In this document: in pieces, positions 59,033-64,000 of the stretch
Layout: each line of letters begins with the position of its first letter
Numbering within the stretch: position 1 is the stretch's first letter
Source of the DNA: a virus
IMG/VR virus record: IMGVR_UViG_3300030102_007626
Location: 32,001-96,000 of that record
Length of the DNA stretch: 64,000 nt
Direction: 5' to 3' (one strand)
Notes under the pieces: generated by a model
Databases searched by the model: none
Told to the model about the DNA's origin: nothing
What the model saw: only the letters and a program-made list of their open reading frames with translations
Program-made: the position numbers and the translations under genes

Positions 59033-59854
59033 ATGAAAGTTACTCAAAGAGTTATTAAAACAGGTAAAAGAGGTCGCCCAAGAAAAGTTCAAAATTTGAC
59101 CCCGGTCCCATCATTAATTGATTTTGACCAAATTACAAAATTAAACAAATTAGATATTGATCCTAAAATGCTAGAATCAATGAAAACAGGTTTACGTAAT
59201 GTAGATCAATTATTTTCATTTGAAGGTGGTATACCATGTGCATCAAATATTATGGCAATAGGTGATCCAGGTGTAGGAAAAACATCAATTATGTTAGATT
59301 TAGTTGCTGCTGTTCAAAATAAAGGTAGAAAATGTTTATTTATTTCTGCTGAAATGGGTAGAAAACAAATGTTTAAATATACAAAACGTTTTCCTCAATT
59401 TGGATTAGTTGACACATTATTTACATCTGATTTCATGAGTTTTAATATGAAAGACGTTGTTGAACAAGCATTAGATCGTGGTTATGATTTAGTATTAATT
59501 GATTCAATTGCTGAAGTGATTGAAGGTGTTCGTGATGATAATGGTTGGGATAGAAAAACCGCTGAAGGATGGTTAGTTGAAACTTGTGTTAGAAATAATA
59601 AAGGTGAAAATAAAGAAGATAAATATACTTCATTCCTATTGATTCAACAAGTTACTAAATCAGGTGAATTTGTAGGTTCAAATAAATTAAAGCACATGAC
59701 TGATGCATTACTTGAAATGCGACGTGAATCTGATCGTGATGGTGGTGGTGCTTATATGTCATTTCAGAAAAACCGTAATGGTAGAGCTGAGGATAGAATG
59801 AATTTCTTCCTAACAAATAATAAAATTGAATATTCAGTAATTGTAAGTGAATAA
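59033..59854 (+). CDS. RadA/Sms-like RecA-fold ATPase with N-terminal KRGRPRK
   Basis: GDPGVGKT, FISAEM, VLIDSI, QVTKSGEFVGSNKLKHMTDA. Confidence 0.8.
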   Translation: MKVTQRVIKTGKRGRPRKVQNLTPVPSLIDFDQITKLNKLDIDPKMLESMKTGLRNVDQLFSFEGGIPCASNIMAIGDPGVGKTSIMLDLVAAVQNKGRKCLFISAEMGRKQMFKYTKRFPQFGLVDTLFTSDFMSFNMKDVVEQALDRGYDLVLIDSIAEVIEGVRDDNGWDRKTAEGWLVETCVRNNKGENKEDKYTSFLLIQQVTKSGEFVGSNKLKHMTDALLEMRRESDRDGGGAYMSFQKNRNGRAEDRMNFFLTNNKIEYSVIVSE

Positions 59855-60056
59855 TATGAAATTAGACCCAATTATAGAGGCAAGTAACCTATCCCTCGAA
59901 TCAAAACATTTAATAAATCGTTTATTAAAGATAGAGTTCGGGGGGAATTGGGATTTACTCTTAAAAGATATGGAAGAACATGCTGTAAGTGATGAAGAAT
60001 ATGAACTGGCAGCAGAAATTAGAGATTACTTAAAAAAATATAGTGAAAATGGCTAA
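59847..60056 (+). CDS. UVR-domain small protein
   Basis: AVSDEEYELAAEIRDYLK. Confidence 0.6.
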   Translation: MNNMKLDPIIEASNLSLESKHLINRLLKIEFGGNWDLLLKDMEEHAVSDEEYELAAEIRDYLKKYSENG

Positions 60057-60414
60057 GAAAGAAAAAAATATTATTGAAAAAAAGTGGTTAACAATTAAAA
60101 CCAAATCAAAAGAAGATAATTACGATTTAAAAGAACTAGACCACTTAACCTGTGATTTAATAGCACATCTAGCTCAATTAACAGATAAAGGTATAACTGA
60201 TATAGATGGAACATCCATTGATATGTACAAAGATAGAGTATGGTGGGTTGTAGAAAAAATAGGATTATTACCTGAATATAAAGATGAAGATGATAATGTT
60301 GAAGAAGAAATAGTTGATGATTGGGAATCATATGAAGAAGATGATTTTGATCTAGAAGAGGAAGAATTATCTGTTGGTAGTATGAAAAAATTAAAGGAAT
60401 GGGATTTTAAATAA
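60049..60414 (+). CDS. Hypothetical protein with an acidic tail
   Basis: ATG at 60049; Asp/Glu-rich C-terminus. Confidence 0.6.
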   Translation: MAKKEKNIIEKKWLTIKTKSKEDNYDLKELDHLTCDLIAHLAQLTDKGITDIDGTSIDMYKDRVWWVVEKIGLLPEYKDEDDNVEEEIVDDWESYEEDDFDLEEEELSVGSMKKLKEWDFK

Positions 60415-60436
60415 AATTTTCGTATAATACAATTAT
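60396..60436 (+). promoter_or_regulatory. GGAA-N21-YGTATA promoter, copy 3
   Basis: GGAATGG...TTTCGTATAATACAATTATA. Confidence 0.7.
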
Positions 60437-60458
60437 AAAAAAAATAAAAAAATAAGTT

Positions 60459-60656
60459 ATGAAAAAGTATATTGGTAAAACTATTCAATTATTCCCTAAT
60501 GACTCTCAGGAAAAGATAGGTATAGTGAGAGAGGTTTTTGGTGATGGTGTAGAGGTAATAATTACACGATTAGGTGATACATCTTTTTATTCCAATTTAA
60601 AGGTTGGGGATGTTATGTACTATCCATTATCAAAGTTAATATTTAAATTAAAATAA
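60459..60656 (+). CDS. Hypothetical protein
   Basis: AAGTTATG start. Confidence 0.55.
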   Translation: MKKYIGKTIQLFPNDSQEKIGIVREVFGDGVEVIITRLGDTSFYSNLKVGDVMYYPLSKLIFKLK

Positions 60657-60659
60657 AAA

Positions 60660-60752
60660 ATGACTACATTATTAATAATAAGTTGGGTATTTGCCACATT
60701 CATGTTAGCAGGATGGGCTATTAGATATGAAAGAAAAAGGAGAAAAAAATGA
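60660..60752 (+). CDS. 30-aa single-TM peptide
   Basis: Hand-translated MTTLLIISWVFATFMLAGWAIRYERKRRKK. Confidence 0.5.
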   Translation: MTTLLIISWVFATFMLAGWAIRYERKRRKK

Positions 60753-60979
60753 TAAGAAAAAAACAACCACCTTGGAAAAGAGAAGTAATAATTGACCTAA
60801 CTGGCCCAGATGGTAATGCATTTGCATTAATGGGTTATGCAAGACGATTTGCTAGACAGTTAGGATATTCAAAAGAAGATCAAGATCAACTCCTAGAATT
60901 AATGACATCAGGGGATTATGAAAATTTAATAGAAGTATTTGATGATCATTTTGGTTCATTTGTAATACTAGAAAGATGA
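60749..60979 (+). CDS. Conserved phage hypothetical protein
   Basis: IDLTGPDGNAFALMG...MTSGDYENLI. Confidence 0.65.
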   Translation: MIRKKQPPWKREVIIDLTGPDGNAFALMGYARRFARQLGYSKEDQDQLLELMTSGDYENLIEVFDDHFGSFVILER

Positions 60980-61236
60980 GTAATTGCTATCCAGATCAAA
61001 GAAGAGGAATAACACCTAGAGAAGTAGTAATCGATAAACTAGATAATGTTATAGGAAGAAAGTTTTCAACAAATATTTCCCCAACAACAAAAGCTAGATT
61101 GTTATATTATGAAGGTGACAAAGCATACTATGAAATACTAGAATATGATAAATGGCCTAAATATAATATGTGCGCTGGTGAAGTGTTTTATTTACCTACT
61201 CATATGGCTGTTACAATGACTCCATTAGAGGAATAG
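60976..61236 (+). CDS. Hypothetical protein
   Basis: 86 aa. Confidence 0.55.
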   Translation: MSNCYPDQRRGITPREVVIDKLDNVIGRKFSTNISPTTKARLLYYEGDKAYYEILEYDKWPKYNMCAGEVFYLPTHMAVTMTPLEE

Positions 61237-61271
61237 AATTTTAAATAAGGTTTTTGTATATTATAATTATA
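61230..61271 (+). promoter_or_regulatory. GGAA-N21-YGTATA promoter, copy 4
   Basis: GGAATAG...TTTGTATATTATAATTATA. Confidence 0.7.
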
Positions 61272-61283
61272 AAAAAATAAGTT

Positions 61284-61832
61284 ATGAACGATTTAGAAGA
61301 TAAGTATTGGAAACAAATTGAAGAACTAGAATGGTACACTGATAGTTTTATTAGTGATGGGGATTATGGCAGAATTAAACAACAATTAATAGATAATTTC
61401 ACTCCCTCAGAAATAAAACAACTTGATGGTTTTGTTCGCAACAAAGTAAATGAATTAGGTAAACGATTCCATAATGATTGGCTAGGAAACCCAGGTATAG
61501 ATGTTGGTGAAGATAGTTGGGGTGATTTACGAAATGAGGTTGTAGGTAGAGGAAAAGAATTCTATGAAAACATTACAGTAGCAAAACTTCAAGAAATGGC
61601 TGATAATAATGATTACAATGAAAGTTTTGGATATTGTTTTCATATTACATTTTATGATGAAAAAAGTGAAATGGAAAAAAGATCCCAATTTCAACTAAAT
61701 AAACCAAAACGAATTGATGAGTTTATAAAGAAAATAAATATGTTATATGATGAATATCATGCTGAACTTTATCAAGGTGAGGTTTATAGCTATTTAATAA
61801 AATTAATAGAAGAAGCTAAAAAATTAAAATAA
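61284..61832 (+). CDS. DUF4240-like protein
   Basis: YWKQIE, GEDSWGDLRNEVVGRGKEFYE, ESFGY. Confidence 0.55.
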   Translation: MNDLEDKYWKQIEELEWYTDSFISDGDYGRIKQQLIDNFTPSEIKQLDGFVRNKVNELGKRFHNDWLGNPGIDVGEDSWGDLRNEVVGRGKEFYENITVAKLQEMADNNDYNESFGYCFHITFYDEKSEMEKRSQFQLNKPKRIDEFIKKINMLYDEYHAELYQGEVYSYLIKLIEEAKKLK

Positions 61833-61838
61833 TAAATT

Positions 61839-61916
61839 ATGAATGAATGTAAAAATTGCCACGAAACAGAGTTATATGGAGATGAAATATGCCCTGATTG
61901 TGGAAGAGAAGGTTAA
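61839..61916 (+). CDS. 25-aa zinc-ribbon peptide (MNECKNCHETELYGDEICPDCGREG)
   Basis: Hand-translated; CxxC-x10-CxxC. Confidence 0.55.
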   Translation: MNECKNCHETELYGDEICPDCGREG

Positions 61917-61938
61917 ATATAGTTTCTCCTGTACAAGA

Positions 61939-61980
61939 GGAATTGGTTTTACAGAAGATTTTTCGTATAATACAGTATAA
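61939..61980 (+). promoter_or_regulatory. GGAA-N21-YGTATA promoter, copy 5
   Basis: GGAATTGG...TTTCGTATAATACAGTATA. Confidence 0.7.
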
Positions 61981-62006
61981 ATTTAAAAAAAAATAAAATA
62001 AAAGTT

Positions 62007-62837
62007 ATGTTTACAGATCAAAATTTAAAAGAGTTAAAATTTTTAAGTAATGATGAAATTAGAGAAATAGCACCAGCAGTGTTTACTGAAACGCCTGCCT
62101 CTAATGTTTCAAAACATTACACACATATCCCAACAGCACAAGTGCTAGAAGATATGAGCAAATTAGGTTGGGGAGTAGTAGATGCCCAACAAGTTAAAGC
62201 ACGTAAGAATACCACTAAGGGATTCCAAAAACACCTATTAACGTTTAGAAATCCTGATGTTGTTATTAATGGTAAAGATGGAGATACAGTATTTCCACAA
62301 ATCCTATTAACAAATAGTCATGATGGTAAAAATGCATTTACATTTACAGCTGGTTTATTTCGACTAGTATGTTCAAATGGATTAGTTATTGCTGATAAAA
62401 AGTTTGAGGACGTTAAAATGCGTCACATGGGTTATACATTTGAAAATTTGCAAGTGCAAATTAAAGAAATGGTTGAGCGTTTGCCACTAACAGTTGATTC
62501 AATGAATAAAATGAAAGCAATTGAGTTAGATAAAAAGCAAATGAAAGAATTAGCTCAAAAATCGCTTACAACTCGATTCACTGAGGATCAATTGAAAGTA
62601 GCAAAAATTAATTTAGATGAAATAATCAACCCAGTTCGTGATGAAGATAAAGGTAATGATTTATGGAGTGTATTCAATGTAATACAGGAAAAAATTATTA
62701 CAGGTGATTTTTCATACCTATCAGGTGCTAGATCACGTAAAGCACGAGAAGTTAAAAACTTTAAACAAGACATGGATATCAACAAGAAACTATTTGCAAT
62801 GGCAAATGAGTTGGTACCACAAGAAATCGCTTCATAA
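62007..62837 (+). CDS. DUF932/DUF945 family protein
   Basis: IAPAVF, YTHIPT, LTNSHDG, GLFRLVCSNGLV, DLWSVFNVIQE. Confidence 0.8.
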   Translation: MFTDQNLKELKFLSNDEIREIAPAVFTETPASNVSKHYTHIPTAQVLEDMSKLGWGVVDAQQVKARKNTTKGFQKHLLTFRNPDVVINGKDGDTVFPQILLTNSHDGKNAFTFTAGLFRLVCSNGLVIADKKFEDVKMRHMGYTFENLQVQIKEMVERLPLTVDSMNKMKAIELDKKQMKELAQKSLTTRFTEDQLKVAKINLDEIINPVRDEDKGNDLWSVFNVIQEKIITGDFSYLSGARSRKAREVKNFKQDMDINKKLFAMANELVPQEIAS

Positions 62838-62848
62838 CCGATTCTTTT

Positions 62849-62885
62849 CCACCAAAGGGCTCAAAACGAGCCCTAGGTGGTTTTT
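62849..62885 (+). terminator. Intrinsic terminator
   Basis: CCACC-AA-AGGGCTC-AAAAC-GAGCCCT-A-GGTGG-TTTTT. Confidence 0.8.
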
Positions 62886-62891
62886 AATTAA

Positions 62892-62933
62892 GGAATAAAG
62901 GTTATAAAATATTTTTTGTATATTACAATTATA
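62892..62933 (+). promoter_or_regulatory. GGAA-N21-YGTATA promoter, copy 6
   Basis: GGAATAA...TTTGTATATTACAATTATA. Confidence 0.7.
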
Positions 62934-62944
62934 AAATAAAGGTT

Positions 62945-63100
62945 ATGAAAAAAGTTTATATAGTCTATAGTGAAAAAGGAAATATAGGTAAATCAATTGA
63001 GGTCTTTAATGAAGAAGAAGATGCCGCTAGATATGCTAGTATGAATGGTTTACAAGTTATAGAAAAATCATTATGGAAAGATTTAATGGAATATAAATAA
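62945..63100 (+). CDS. 51-aa hypothetical protein
   Basis: Hand-translated MKKVYIVYSE...; AAGGTTATG start. Confidence 0.55.
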   Translation: MKKVYIVYSEKGNIGKSIEVFNEEEDAARYASMNGLQVIEKSLWKDLMEYK

Positions 63101-63105
63101 AAGTT

Positions 63106-63435
63106 ATGAGTGAATTTAATCAATTATGTGTATGGCCAGGTACGGTTGTAGGAGATAGTAAAAAAATCCAAAAAGATTTTGTTAAGTATTTCAAAGATGA
63201 AATGGGTGTCACAGTAAAATATGAAACAGAAGTTAAAACATTACCTGACACACCAGAGTGTACTGAAACAGGAGGTAGAAATGATTTATTTTTCTATATT
63301 GCAGATGATGATATAGGGAAATTTGCAGTACCACGTTTACAAATGGGTATTCGTTGGTGGGAAGATGTTTTAGGAAATGGAGGTGGTAATTTGTACACAA
63401 AAGAATTCCTAGAAAAATACCCAAAAGGTTGGTAA
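63106..63435 (+). CDS. Hypothetical protein
   Basis: 109 aa; AAGTTATG start. Confidence 0.65.
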   Translation: MSEFNQLCVWPGTVVGDSKKIQKDFVKYFKDEMGVTVKYETEVKTLPDTPECTETGGRNDLFFYIADDDIGKFAVPRLQMGIRWWEDVLGNGGGNLYTKEFLEKYPKGW

Positions 63436-63436
63436 A

Positions 63437-63535
63437 ATGAAAAGAAACGCAACAAATATAATTGACTGGATTGAATATTGGGATCATTTTGATTATGGAT
63501 TATATCTAGCAATATTAAAAGCAAAACAACAATGA
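63437..63535 (+). CDS. 32-aa peptide
   Basis: Hand-translated MKRNATNIIDWIEYWDHFDYGLYL... Confidence 0.45.
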   Translation: MKRNATNIIDWIEYWDHFDYGLYLAILKAKQQ

Positions 63536-63642
63536 AACACACATATAAACAAATAGACAAAGATGGTACAGTTGAATGTACCAAATGTGGATTAAGAAAC
63601 TCAGATCCTACTAAAGAGGATTCAATAAAATGTAAAAAATGA
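63532..63642 (+). CDS. 36-aa Zn-finger-like peptide
   Basis: H..CTKCG...C; ATGA overlaps at both ends. Confidence 0.5.
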   Translation: MKHTYKQIDKDGTVECTKCGLRNSDPTKEDSIKCKK

Positions 63643-63851
63643 AAGAATTAAAACAACGATTAGAATATTTCGCAAGAACACTTAAAGAACATACAGAATA
63701 TGTTGATTATAATTCTACAGGTCACTTAGAACAATCAGCAATTAGAACAAAAGAACAAACAATGAATGAAATAGGTGATATGCTTCTAGAAATTCTAGAA
63801 TTGGATAATAAAACTTTCAAATCTTGGTTAGCTCAGGAAGAGGATGAATAA
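63639..63851 (+). CDS. Hypothetical protein
   Basis: 70 aa. Confidence 0.55.
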   Translation: MKELKQRLEYFARTLKEHTEYVDYNSTGHLEQSAIRTKEQTMNEIGDMLLEILELDNKTFKSWLAQEEDE

Positions 63852-63876
63852 AATTATTTTCGTATATTACAGTATA
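63836..63876 (+). promoter_or_regulatory. GGAA-N21-YGTATA promoter, copy 7
   Basis: GGAAGAGG...TTTCGTATATTACAGTATA. Confidence 0.65.
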
Positions 63877-63890
63877 TTTAAAGAAAAGTT

Positions 63891-64000
63891 ATGAAAAGGA
63901 AAAAAGATTATAAACAAAAAATTGTATTTCACTCAAATCGTTTACATGAAGGGTTAAACGCAGCACCGTCTGAGTATAATAGTGAAAATATAAAAAAATC
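63891..64000 (+). CDS. Partial ORF running off the window end
   Basis: AAGTTATG start after the promoter; open to the end. Confidence 0.5.
   Translation, partial: MKRKKDYKQKIVFHSNRLHEGLNAAPSEYNSENIKK

Noticed and set aside
58709-63876. CRISPR array or integron attC sites
   Set aside because: The repeats are degenerate, non-palindromic and separated by whole genes, which fits promoters.

Overview
Segment of a large, very AT-rich (by eye under 30% GC, not computed) T4-like/jumbo dsDNA phage genome. All credible genes are on the + strand and read in the standard code. The host is probably Bacteroidota (Flavobacteria-like), judged from T9SS-type proteins, TTG-N-TAnnT promoters and A-rich starts without Shine-Dalgarno sequences. 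Replication genes: a short PolA-like protein, gp32-like SSB, RecA/UvsX, 5'-3' exonuclease, DnaB-like helicase, NrdJ, a split family-B polymerase, sliding clamp and clamp loader. Other modules: a secreted/T9SS cassette plus endolysin; a 7-deazaguanine pathway (DpdA-like, QueC, QueD, QueE, FolE2); Hsp20 with GroES/GroEL; a ~14 kb glycosylation/nonulosonic-acid locus; and a run of small early-type genes behind a strictly spaced repeated promoter. The strongest candidate for an undescribed system is a set of unrelated proteins sharing short leaders that end in (L/I)xE (MxxFDLKKYLAENKL, ELKRMQELAG, MKLxDIL.E), mostly placed behind a distinct ATAT(T/G)TAT motif. They look like capsid-targeted, shuffled cargo proteins. 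Other highlights are a PolA with a substituted steric gate, an inverted repeat bracketing hsp20 and a 22-aa metallothionein-like peptide. No tRNA, rRNA, CRISPR array or transposon was seen. All calls come from motif recognition by eye; no database searches were run.
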